Origin: Solirubrobacteraceae bacterium
Lineage (GTDB): Bacteria; Actinomycetota; Thermoleophilia; Solirubrobacterales; Solirubrobacteraceae
Length of the DNA stretch: 64,000 bases
Direction of reading: 5' to 3'
NCBI GenBank assembly: GCA_030690545.1
Contig: JAUYGN010000079.1
Location: 39,386-103,385, forward strand
The notes beneath the pieces are model-generated. The model saw nothing but the letters and a program-made list of their open reading frames with translations, was not told the origin of the DNA and did not search any database. Positions 46,113 to 54,394 of this stretch are shown piece by piece. Each line of letters starts with the position of its first letter. Position 1 is the first letter of the stretch. The position numbers and the translations under genes were made by a program.

Positions 46113-47486
46113 GTGACGGTCTTCGAGGGTCCCGCCCCGCGCTACGACGAGCTGCGCGTCCACATCGAGCAGCGCCTGCATCTCGTGCCGCGCTTTCGTC
46201 AGCGGCTGGCCGAGGTCCCGCTGCAGCAGGGTCGTCCCGTGTGGGTCGACGACCCGCATTTCAACCTGCGCTACCACCTGCGCCACGCCGGGCTGCCGGC
46301 GCCCGGCAGCGAAGAGCAGCTGAAGAGGCTCGCCGGCCGGCTGTTCGCACAGCGCCTGGACCGCACGAAGCCACTGTGGGAGCTGTGCCTCGTCGACGGG
46401 CTGCGCGACGGCGGCTTCGCGCTGATCGCCAAGAGCCATCACGCGCTCGTCGACGGGATCGAGGCCGTCGACATCACGACCGTGCTGTTCGACGGCGAGC
46501 CGGCGCCACCGACGCCGGCGCCGCCGCTGCAGCGCTGGACGCCGCGCCCGCTGCCGAGCTCCGCCCAGCTGCTGTCCGACGCGCTGGTGGAGCGCGTGAC
46601 ACGTCCGGTGGAGCTCGTCCGCGCCGTCGCCCGCGCCCCCCACCAGGCGCTCGAGACGACCCGCGACGCGCTCCGGGCCGTCGGCGCGCTCACGTTCGCC
46701 GGCCTCGGCCCGGCACCGCCGGCGCCGCTGAGCATCAAGGTCGGGCCGCATCGCCGCTACACCTGGGTCGATGCCGAGCTCGTCGAGCTGCAGCGCGTCA
46801 AGGACGCGCTCGGCGGCACCGTCAACGACGCCGTGCTCGCCGTCGTCGCGGGCGCGCTCGGGCGCTTCCTGCGCCATCGCGGGATCGACACCGGCGAGCT
46901 CGCGCTCAAGGCGCTCGTCCCGGTCTCCGTGGCCCGTCGCGCGGAGCCCGGCGAGGCGCTCGGCAACGAGATCGCGGCGACGTGGGTCTCGCTGCCCGTC
47001 GGCATCGAGGACCCCGTACGCCAGCACGCCGTGATCCGCGACGCGACGACCGACCTGCACGACGCCGGGCAGGCGGTCGGCGCACGCGCCCAGACCGAGC
47101 TCGCCGGCTTCGCCCCGCCGACGATCATGAGCCAGGCCGCCCGGCTGCAGCAGCGCCAGCGCACGTCGCAGCTCGTCGTGACGAACGTCCCCGGGCCGCA
47201 GCAGCCGCTGTACCTGCTCGGGCGCCGCCTGCGCGCGCTGTACCCCGTCGTGCCGCTCGCCGGGCGCCAGGCGCTCGGCATCGCCGTCACGAGCTATGAC
47301 GGCCGGCTCGGCTTCGGCCTGCTCGGCGACTACGACGCCATCGCCGACCTCGACGTCCTCGCCGGGCAGCTGCGCGCGTCGATCGACGCGCTCGGCGAGG
47401 GCGCGTCGGTCCCCCGCCGCGCCGCCCGCGGCCGGCGCTCGACGCGCAGCGCGCCACGACCGCCGACGACCGGTAGCGTGCGCTGA
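46113..47486 (+). CDS. Wax ester synthase / diacylglycerol acyltransferase (WS/DGAT) family
   Basis: Catalytic HHALVDG motif. The conserved N-terminal ISALDASFLNLE segment lies in the same frame upstream of the first ATG/GTG, so the real start is probably near 46026. Confidence 0.85.
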   Translation: MTVFEGPAPRYDELRVHIEQRLHLVPRFRQRLAEVPLQQGRPVWVDDPHFNLRYHLRHAGLPAPGSEEQLKRLAGRLFAQRLDRTKPLWELCLVDGLRDGGFALIAKSHHALVDGIEAVDITTVLFDGEPAPPTPAPPLQRWTPRPLPSSAQLLSDALVERVTRPVELVRAVARAPHQALETTRDALRAVGALTFAGLGPAPPAPLSIKVGPHRRYTWVDAELVELQRVKDALGGTVNDAVLAVVAGALGRFLRHRGIDTGELALKALVPVSVARRAEPGEALGNEIAATWVSLPVGIEDPVRQHAVIRDATTDLHDAGQAVGARAQTELAGFAPPTIMSQAARLQQRQRTSQLVVTNVPGPQQPLYLLGRRLRALYPVVPLAGRQALGIAVTSYDGRLGFGLLGDYDAIADLDVLAGQLRASIDALGEGASVPRRAARGRRSTRSAPRPPTTGSVR

Positions 47487-47899
47487 TGGGCGCCAAGGCG
47501 TTGCTCGCGCTGGGCACGGTGGTCATCGCGGTGATCGCGGTGGCCGCGATCGCCGCGTTCTTCGTCGCGCGCGACGAGCCGACCGTCCCGCCGACCGACG
47601 CCGCCCAGCCCGGCACCGCCCGGCCGGCCGGCGCGCTGCCGGCGGTCGCGCCCGGAAACGTCCTGCTGCTGCACGGCGACGAGCGCCTGACGCGTGACCT
47701 GCGCCAGCTCGCCGAGCGGATCGCGGGCGCCCCTGACCCGGCGCTGACGGCTGCCGGCCAGGCAGTGCTCGTGCAGCGGCGCGCCGACCAGTCGGCACCG
47801 GTCGTCGCGGTCACGACGACGCGTACGCTCACGGCGACGGGCGCCGACGATCCCGCGCTCGAAGCGTTCGTCGAGCACTGGCTCGGGCGCCAGCCGTGA
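47486..47899 (+). CDS. Membrane-anchored hypothetical protein
   Basis: N-terminal TM segment (ALLALGTVVIAVIAVAAIAAFFV). Its start overlaps the WS/DGAT stop (TGATG), and its stop overlaps the nadE start. Confidence 0.55.
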   Translation: MGAKALLALGTVVIAVIAVAAIAAFFVARDEPTVPPTDAAQPGTARPAGALPAVAPGNVLLLHGDERLTRDLRQLAERIAGAPDPALTAAGQAVLVQRRADQSAPVVAVTTTRTLTATGADDPALEAFVEHWLGRQP

Positions 47900-49632
47900 C
47901 GGCGGCCCTGCGGATCGCCCTCGTGCAGATGAACGCCGTCGTCGGTGACATCGCCGGCAACGAGCGCGCGATCTCCGCCGCGATCGAGCGCGCGCACGAC
48001 GCCGGCGCGCAGCTGGTCTGCTTCCCCGAGCTCGCGCTGACCGGCTACCCGCCCGAGGACCTGCTGCTCAAGGAGCACTTCCTTGCCGACGCTCGCGCCG
48101 CGCTCGAGCGGATCGCGTCGAGCACGACGCAGATCGTCGCCGTCGTCGGCTACCCGGAGCGCGCCGAGGACGTCCACAACGCTGCCGCGGTCCTCGCCGA
48201 CGGCGCCGTCCGCGCGACGTACCGCAAGCTGCATCTGCCCAACTACGGCGTCTTCGACGAGCTGCGCTACTTCCAGCCGGGCGAGCGCGGCGCGACGATC
48301 GAGGTCGACGGGGTCACCGTCGGACTGACGATCTGCGAGGACATCTGGCAGCCCGGGCCGCCGCTCTCCGACGAGGCGCTGTCCGGCGCGCGCGTGATCG
48401 TCAACCTCTCCGCGTCGCCCTACCACGCCGGAAAGGGCATCGCTCGCGAGCGGATGCTCCAGCAGCGCGCCCGCGACGAGCTGGCGGTCGTCGCCTACTG
48501 CGGCCTCGTCGGCGGCCAGGACGAGCTCGTCTTCGACGGCCACTCGCTCGTCGTCGACCACGACGGCACAGTGCTCGCGCGCGCCGCGCAGTTCGAGCAG
48601 GCGCTGCTCGTCGTCGACGTCGATCCGGTCACGGTCGGCTCGGCGCGGCTACGCGACACGCGCCGGCGCGCGCCCGCGGCCGCCGCCGACGACCGCGTCG
48701 ACCGGCTCGGCTCGTTCGCGGTCGGACGGCCCGACGGCAACGGCACGCCGCCGCCCACCGACCCACCGGTCGCGGAGCTGCTCGATCCCGTCGCGGAGGT
48801 CTACCGTGCGCTCGTCCTGGGGACGCACGACTACGCGCACAAGAACGGATTCGCGCACGTCGTGCTCGGCCTCAGCGGCGGGATCGACTCGACGCTCGTC
48901 GCGCTGATCGCCGTCGACGCGCTCGGCGCCGATGCCGTCACCTGCGTGACGATGCCCTCGCCGTACTCCTCGCAGGGCACGCGCGGCGACGCGCAGCGGC
49001 TCGCGACGAACCTCGGAGTACAGCTGCTGGAGCTGCCGATCGCGCCGCTGATGCGCGACTACGACGAGGCGCTCGGCGAGGTCTTCGCCGGCCACGAGCC
49101 CGATCTCACCGAGGAGAACCTGCAGGCCCGGATCCGCGGCAACCTGCTGATGGCGCTGTCGAACAAGTTCGGCTGGCTCGTCCTGACGACCGGCAACAAG
49201 TCCGAGATGTCGGTCGGCTACTCGACGCTCTACGGCGACAGCGCCGGCGGCTTCGCGGTCATCAAGGACGTCCCCAAGCAGCTCGTCTACCGCCTGGCCC
49301 GCCATCGCGACGAGCGCGCCGGCGACGACCTCGTGCCGGCCGAGCTGTTCACGCGCCCGCCGTCGGCCGAGCTACGGCCCGACCAGCGCGACGACGACTC
49401 GCTGCCGCCCTACGACGTGCTCGACGCGATCCTCGAGGGCTACGTCGAGCATGACCTCGGCCGCGAGCAGCTGATCGCCCGCGGCCTGCCGGCCGGCGAC
49501 GTCGAGCGCGTCATCGGCCTCGTCGACGTCGCCGAGTACAAGCGCCGCCAGCAGCCGCCCGGGATCAAGGTCACGACGCGGGCCTTCGGCCGCGACCGGC
49601 GCGTGCCGATCACCAACCGCTACCGCGGTTGA
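47896..49632 (+). CDS. nadE: Glutamine-dependent NAD+ synthetase
   Basis: N-terminal CN-hydrolase domain (FPELALTGYPPEDL, ICED.W) plus the NAD-synthase ATP-PPase domain (GLSGGIDS). Confidence 0.9.
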   Translation: MTAALRIALVQMNAVVGDIAGNERAISAAIERAHDAGAQLVCFPELALTGYPPEDLLLKEHFLADARAALERIASSTTQIVAVVGYPERAEDVHNAAAVLADGAVRATYRKLHLPNYGVFDELRYFQPGERGATIEVDGVTVGLTICEDIWQPGPPLSDEALSGARVIVNLSASPYHAGKGIARERMLQQRARDELAVVAYCGLVGGQDELVFDGHSLVVDHDGTVLARAAQFEQALLVVDVDPVTVGSARLRDTRRRAPAAAADDRVDRLGSFAVGRPDGNGTPPPTDPPVAELLDPVAEVYRALVLGTHDYAHKNGFAHVVLGLSGGIDSTLVALIAVDALGADAVTCVTMPSPYSSQGTRGDAQRLATNLGVQLLELPIAPLMRDYDEALGEVFAGHEPDLTEENLQARIRGNLLMALSNKFGWLVLTTGNKSEMSVGYSTLYGDSAGGFAVIKDVPKQLVYRLARHRDERAGDDLVPAELFTRPPSAELRPDQRDDDSLPPYDVLDAILEGYVEHDLGREQLIARGLPAGDVERVIGLVDVAEYKRRQQPPGIKVTTRAFGRDRRVPITNRYRG

Positions 49633-49642
49633 GCGCGCGCGC

Positions 49643-50065
49643 TCAGGCCGTCGGCTCGCCGTCGGGCATCGGCCGCACGGCGATCGTCATCCGCGTCAGC
49701 GCGCAGATGCGACCGTCGTCGTCGGTGATCTCGACGTCCCAGACCCACGTCGTGCGACCGCGATGGCGGCGCAGCGCGCGCGCATGGATCGTGCCGCCGA
49801 TGATCGGCCGCAGGAACGACGTGCTGTTGGCCGAGCCCATCGCGGCGCAGCCCTCGGGCACGACGACGACCGCGGTGCCCAGCGAAGCGAGCGTCTCGGA
49901 GATCGACGTCAGGACGCCGCCGTGGACGAGGCCGAACGGCTGACGCAGCTCGTCGCGGACGATGACCTGCGCGCGCACGAGCTCGTCGGTCACCTCGAGC
50001 ACCTCGAGGCCGTAGAGGGCATCGAAGCCCTGGGGACGCTGGAACGCCGGATCGATGCTCGTCAC
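49643..50065 (-). CDS. PaaI/hotdog-fold thioesterase
   Basis: GLVHGGVLTSISETLASLG and the 140-aa size fit PaaI-type thioesterases. Confidence 0.8.
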   Translation of the reverse strand: MTSIDPAFQRPQGFDALYGLEVLEVTDELVRAQVIVRDELRQPFGLVHGGVLTSISETLASLGTAVVVVPEGCAAMGSANSTSFLRPIIGGTIHARALRRHRGRTTWVWDVEITDDDGRICALTRMTIAVRPMPDGEPTA

Positions 50066-50181
50066 ACGCGAGACCCTAGTGGCCCTTCTCGGAAGGTTCG
50101 GCCGGAAACGCCGGGCGCCGGTGGCCGGCAGCGACCGACGAGCGGCGGTCTGCTCGCGGGGACGCTAGGGTTGCGCCCTGC

Positions 50182-51183
50182 ATGGCCTCCCTCGACAGCC
50201 TCAACGACGGGCAGCGCGCGATCCTCCAGCTGCTCCTGCGCCAGGGCAAGTCCTACGACGACCTCGCGGTCCTGCTGAAGTCCGATCTGTCCGTCCTGCG
50301 CGCCCGCGCCCGGACCGCGGTCGCCGCGGTCGGACCCGATGCGGGCAGCATCGGCGACGAGCGTCGCGACGAGATCGCCGACTACCTGCTCGGCCAGCAG
50401 ACCGCCTCGCGGCGGGCCGCGACGCGCGAGTACCTCGAGGCATCCCCTGCCGGGCGAGCATGGGCACGCGCGACCGCGACCGCGCTCGATCCGCTCGCCG
50501 ACGGCCAGCTGCCGGAGATTCCCGCCGAGCGCGAGGAGGTCGCCGAGGCATTCGACGCGCTCGACCGGCGCGCCGCGCGCGAGGTCGAGGTCAAGCGCAG
50601 CTCGCAGCTCGGCAACCGGCTGCTCGCGGCCGCGATCGGCGTCGTGCTGGCGATCGGCATCATCCTCGTCTTCGGACTCACCAGCGGCGACGACGACCCG
50701 CAGACCACGACGACGACGCCCGCCGGCCAGGCGACGACCCCGAGCGGCGACGCGTTCGAGGTCATCGCGCAGGGCAACCTCACCCCGCCGGAGGGCGACT
50801 CGGAGGCCAGAGGCGAGGTCGCGATCGTCCGCTTCCCCGAGAACGACCAGTTCCGCCTCGCGCTGCAGGCGATCAGCTTGCCGCCGAGCAGCACGCGCGG
50901 CTCCTCGTACGGCGTCTGGCTCTACACGTCGCAGACCGAGAACCGCTTCCTCGGCTTCCCGGACACGCTCGTCGGCTCCGACGGCAGGCTGGAGACGGTC
51001 AGCGACCTGACGCCCGACACGCCGACCTACGAGGAGGTCCTGCTGACCCGCGAGACGACCGAGAATCCCGAGCGTCCGGGCACGATCATCCTGCGCGGCA
51101 GGATGATCACGGCCGCGTCGCCGGGCACGGGTGGAGCGCAGGCGCCGACGCAGACCACCCCGCAGACGCAGACCACGCCGTAG
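50182..51183 (+). CDS. Single-pass membrane protein: N-terminal sigma-70 region-4-like HTH, C-terminal RskA-like (anti-sigma-K type) extracytoplasmic domain
   Basis: LNDGQRAILQLLLRQGKSYDDLAVLL (HTH), TM segment LLAAAIGVVLAIGIILVFGL, and a C-terminal domain with SYGVWLYT, as seen in RskA-type domains. The tail is Thr/Pro/Gln-rich. Confidence 0.6.
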   Translation: MASLDSLNDGQRAILQLLLRQGKSYDDLAVLLKSDLSVLRARARTAVAAVGPDAGSIGDERRDEIADYLLGQQTASRRAATREYLEASPAGRAWARATATALDPLADGQLPEIPAEREEVAEAFDALDRRAAREVEVKRSSQLGNRLLAAAIGVVLAIGIILVFGLTSGDDDPQTTTTTPAGQATTPSGDAFEVIAQGNLTPPEGDSEARGEVAIVRFPENDQFRLALQAISLPPSSTRGSSYGVWLYTSQTENRFLGFPDTLVGSDGRLETVSDLTPDTPTYEEVLLTRETTENPERPGTIILRGRMITAASPGTGGAQAPTQTTPQTQTTP

Positions 51184-51202
51184 ACGCCGGGCGCGCCGGC
51201 GG

Positions 51203-51814
51203 CTACTCCTCGGCGTAGGAGATCAGCGTGTGCACGTCGCGCCCGGCAAGCGCCGCCCGGCCGGGCAGGAACGCCAGCTCGATGAGAAACGCGCACCCGA
51301 CGACGACCCCGCCGAGCTGCTCGACGAGCTCGCACAGCGCAGCCGCCGTGCCGCCGGTCGCGAGCAGGTCGTCGTGCACGAGCACGCGCGCGCCCGCTTC
51401 GATCGCGTCCTCGTGCAGCTCGAGCACGCTCGTCCCGTACTCGAGCGCGTACTCGGCGCGGATCGTGCGGTGCGGCAGCGAGCCGGGCTTGCGTGCGAGC
51501 ACGAAGCCCGCACCCAGTCGGCAGGCCAGCGCCGGCCCGAACAGGAAGCCACGCGCCTCGGCACCGATCACGACGTCCGGCCGTAGCTGCTGCGTGAGCC
51601 CGGTCAGCGCCGTCAGCGACGCGTCCAATCCGACCGGACTGGCGAGCAGTGGCGTGATGTCGCGAAAGACGATCCCCGGCTTCGGGAAGTCGGGAATCGA
51701 GCGGATGTAGTGCGAGAGGTTTCGCCCTTCGGTCCTCGCAAGCTCGGACGAGGAGGTGTTTCGCCCTTCGGTCCTCGCAGGCTCGGACCTTCGGTCGACG
51801 TCACGCGCGGTCAC
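51203..51814 (-). CDS. apt: Adenine phosphoribosyltransferase with a repeat-containing N-terminal extension
   Basis: IRSIPDFPKPGIVFRDITPLL and the PRPP loop VLVHDDLLATGGTA. The only in-frame ATG/GTG upstream of the conserved core is GTG at 51814, which overlaps the MerR stop. Confidence 0.85.
   Translation of the reverse strand: MTARDVDRRSEPARTEGRNTSSSELARTEGRNLSHYIRSIPDFPKPGIVFRDITPLLASPVGLDASLTALTGLTQQLRPDVVIGAEARGFLFGPALACRLGAGFVLARKPGSLPHRTIRAEYALEYGTSVLELHEDAIEAGARVLVHDDLLATGGTAAALCELVEQLGGVVVGCAFLIELAFLPGRAALAGRDVHTLISYAEE
51717..51788. repeat. 39-nt in-frame direct duplication in the 5-prime end of apt
   Basis: GTTTCGCCCTTCGGTCCTCGCA(A/G)GCTCGGAC occurs twice, starting at 51719 and 51758 (period 39). 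It encodes the duplicated ARTEGRN peptide. Confidence 0.75.
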
Positions 51815-52587
51815 TTGGCGATCTTTCGCAGGTCGCGGATCAGCAGCAGGTGCTTGAGATGGGTCGCGATCGCCGCGAGGTTCTCGAGCGCCTCGAGCGC
51901 CTCCTTGCGGCGCTCGGGATTGCGCGACCGCAGCGCCGGGGCGAGGATCTGCTGCAGCAGCGCCGCCTCGCGGTCGGCCGACGAGCGGAAGACGCGCAGG
52001 TTGCGCCCGCCGACGCCGTAGCGCGCGAGCTCGGTGACGGCGCCGATGATCTCGCGCTCGGTCTCGTCGTAGTAGTGCTTGCCGGCCCGCAGCTCGCTCT
52101 TGATGACGCCGTAGTCCTCCAGCTCGCGCACGAGCTCGGGGTCGGCGCGCGTCTCCTCGAGCACATCCTCCAGCGCGTACATCGCGCCGCCGTCGGTCAC
52201 CGAGACGCTCGCGCGGCGCTTGCGCTTGCTGGCGGCCGAGCTCGGGCGGCCGGCATCGGCTGCGACGGCGCTCTCGCCGTCGGCCGCGCGACCGGACGCA
52301 AGCTCCTGGCGGATCACGCGCAGCGGCAGGAACTCGTCGCGCTGCAGGCGCAGGATCGTGCGCAGGCGGACCATGTCCGAGGCGGAGTAGAGGCGGTAGC
52401 CGCCCGCGGTACGCCGCGGGTTGAGCAGCTTCTGATCCTCGATGTAGCGGATCTTCGAGATCGAGATGTCCGGGAACTCCTGCGCCAGCCCCTTGCAGAC
52501 GACGCCGATCGTCATCGCCTTCTGCTGCGGACGGCCGTCCTCGGCGGGCGGCGCCGCTTGTGCGTTCGTGTCGTTCGCGGTCGCCAT
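51811..52587 (-). CDS. MerR-family transcriptional regulator (FtsR / Rv1828-like position next to the FHA protein)
   Basis: MTIGVVCKGLAQEFPDISISKIRYIEDQKLLNPRRTAGGYRLYS..D...LR.IL.LQRD.FLPL..I is a MerR HTH. A second C-terminal domain is present. Confidence 0.85.
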   Translation of the reverse strand: MATANDTNAQAAPPAEDGRPQQKAMTIGVVCKGLAQEFPDISISKIRYIEDQKLLNPRRTAGGYRLYSASDMVRLRTILRLQRDEFLPLRVIRQELASGRAADGESAVAADAGRPSSAASKRKRRASVSVTDGGAMYALEDVLEETRADPELVRELEDYGVIKSELRAGKHYYDETEREIIGAVTELARYGVGGRNLRVFRSSADREAALLQQILAPALRSRNPERRKEALEALENLAAIATHLKHLLLIRDLRKIAK

Positions 52588-53054
52588 CAGCGTGACAGGA
52601 ACGTGAGCTTGTACTTGCCGACCTGCAGCTCGTCGCCGTCCTCCAGGCGGTGCGTCTCGATGCGATGGCGGTTGACGTACGTGCCGTTCAGCGAGCCGAG
52701 GTCGTCGAGGTGCCAGTCTCCGCCGCGACGCACGATCAGCGCGTGGTCGCGCGACACCGTCACGTCGTCGAGGAAGACGGCGCTGTCGGGACGGCGCCCG
52801 ATCGGCATCCGCTCGCCCTCGAGCGGGAAGCTCTCGCCGACGCGGCCGCCGCCGGCGCGGATGACGAGCGCGGCGCCGTGCGCGACGACGTCCTCGAGCT
52901 CGACGGGGATGAGGTCACCGGTCTCGTCGATCCGATACGTCGCCGTGACGGGCTCCTGCGGGGGCTCCGGCGTCCCGACGAAGGCACCGCACTTCTGACA
53001 GTAGTTGGCACCCTCGGCGTTGACGAAGCCGCATTCGGGGCAGTGGTGCGCCAT
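52587..53054 (-). CDS. FHA-domain protein with an N-terminal zinc ribbon (GarA/OdhI-like)
   Basis: Zinc ribbon CPECG...CQKCG. FHA core IGR....VFLDD.TVSR.HA.I.......L.DLGSLNGTYVN. Start at 53054 overlaps the upstream stop (TAATG). Confidence 0.85.
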   Translation of the reverse strand: MAHHCPECGFVNAEGANYCQKCGAFVGTPEPPQEPVTATYRIDETGDLIPVELEDVVAHGAALVIRAGGGRVGESFPLEGERMPIGRRPDSAVFLDDVTVSRDHALIVRRGGDWHLDDLGSLNGTYVNRHRIETHRLEDGDELQVGKYKLTFLSR

Positions 53055-53302
53055 TACTCCTGCGTCGCGCGACCCGCGAGGATGTCCGTCAACCGCTGCA
53101 CGTCCGCGCCGGAGATCACGTCCTCGCCGGTCTCGTGCTTCTTGCGCAGCCGGTTGACGAGCTCCGCACGCAGGATGTCGATCTTCCCGTGCAGGATCCG
53201 CCGCCGGTAGGACACCTCGACCTCCTCGTCGGTCAACTGCTGGATCAGGTCCTTCAGCTCCTGGTCGGCAAGCGAGCCGAGATCCGGAAACGTGTCCATC
53301 AA
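53054..53302 (-). CDS. Small coiled-coil protein with an RsiG-like E(X)3S(X)2R(X)3H(X)3D motif
   Basis: 82 aa and helical. EVEVSYRRRILHGKID covers residues 27-42. It is the first gene of the FHA-MerR-apt string. Confidence 0.6.
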   Translation of the reverse strand: MMDTFPDLGSLADQELKDLIQQLTDEEVEVSYRRRILHGKIDILRAELVNRLRKKHETGEDVISGADVQRLTDILAGRATQE

Positions 53303-53468
53303 GAGAGGTCTCCTCCGTGAAAAGGGGGTGCCAGCCGGCGCGGTCGGGCGAGCATACCAGCGCCGGTCTTGCCTTCAAGCTGAGCTTGAGACTGATGCCC
53401 GGATCCGCGCGCGCTGCACCGCTTCTTGCACGTCGCACCAAGAACCCGATAGTCTGGCGCCAAGTCGC

Positions 53469-53484
53469 GTTAGGCGACCCTAAC
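53469..53484. promoter_or_regulatory. 16-bp palindrome immediately upstream of the 53498 gene
   Basis: GTTAGG-CGAC-CCTAAC lies 14 bp upstream of the ATG. It has the same TTAGG/CCTAA half-sites as the 29232 palindrome. Confidence 0.3.
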
Positions 53485-53497
53485 ACTTGTCATCGCG

Positions 53498-54394
53498 ATG
53501 CCACCGTCGATCTCGACCCCCAACCCGCCGCTTCCCACCCTGCTCGATCCGGCAGCGTGCGACGAGTGCTGCCTGGCGCCGGGATCGCTGCAGCGCGTGC
53601 GCCAGATGCAGGCGCTGCGCGAGCACGGCTGGAGCCTCGACGAGATCGCGCTGCGCTTCGGCGTCTCGCGCGAACGGGTGCGCCAGATCATCCGCGCACA
53701 TGGCGGGCCCGGCCCGCAGGACATCGCCGATGCGCGCCGTCGCCGCGCCGAGGCACAGGCCGAGGCACGCATCGACGAGCTGCTCGCGCGCTGGCGCGCC
53801 GGCGAGCCGCCGCGCGTCGCAGCCAGCGAGCTCGGCCTGCAGGCCGCGGCCTGCCGCAGCACGATCGAGCGCTTCGCGACCGACGCCGACCGGATGGCGC
53901 GCAAGGCGAGCATGGCCGGCGCGCGCCGCGTGCAGACCTACTCCGACCGCGACATCATCCTCGCCCTCGTGTCCGTCGCGACGCGTGTCGGACGCGTGCC
54001 CAGCGCGAAGGAGTACGCGGCGCATGCCCGCGAGCTGAACTACCCGAGCCTGCCGACGGTGCTGAACCGGATGGGCGGCTGGACGCACGCGCTGCGCGCG
54101 ACGGGCATGGAGCCGCTCACCGCACCGTCGCGCACGCGCACGCGGCGCTGGACCGAGGAGGCGTGCTGGACCGCGCTGCGCGAGGTCGTCGACGAGCTCG
54201 ACGAGATTCCGACCGTGCTCGCCTACGAGCGCCACGCCGCGGGACGAGCCGAGCTGCCGTCGTCGGCGACGCTGCGCAACCGGCTCGGTCGCTGGAGCAC
54301 GATCTCGACGCAGCTCGCCGCGCAGCGTGACCTCACGACGGCCCGGGCAGCCGGTGCGCACGACGCCTCAGCCGACGTCGCGCAGAGCGCGTAG
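53498..54394 (+). CDS. HTH protein (sigma-70 region-4-like) with two homing-endonuclease-associated (HNH_repeat-like) repeats
   Basis: WSLDEIALRFGVSRERVRQII (HTH). Two repeats follow: YSDRDIILALVSVATRVGRVPSAKEY......YPSLPTVLNRMGGWTHALRATG and WTEEACWTALREVVDELDEIPTVLAYE......LPSSATLRNRLGRWSTI. Confidence 0.65.
   Translation: MPPSISTPNPPLPTLLDPAACDECCLAPGSLQRVRQMQALREHGWSLDEIALRFGVSRERVRQIIRAHGGPGPQDIADARRRRAEAQAEARIDELLARWRAGEPPRVAASELGLQAAACRSTIERFATDADRMARKASMAGARRVQTYSDRDIILALVSVATRVGRVPSAKEYAAHARELNYPSLPTVLNRMGGWTHALRATGMEPLTAPSRTRTRRWTEEACWTALREVVDELDEIPTVLAYERHAAGRAELPSSATLRNRLGRWSTISTQLAAQRDLTTARAAGAHDASADVAQSA

Noticed and set aside
50068-50175. ACCCTAG ... CTAGGGT inverted repeat about 90 nt apart upstream of the 50182 gene
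   Set aside because: The arms are only 7 bp long and widely spaced. A chance occurrence is plausible and nothing else supports it.
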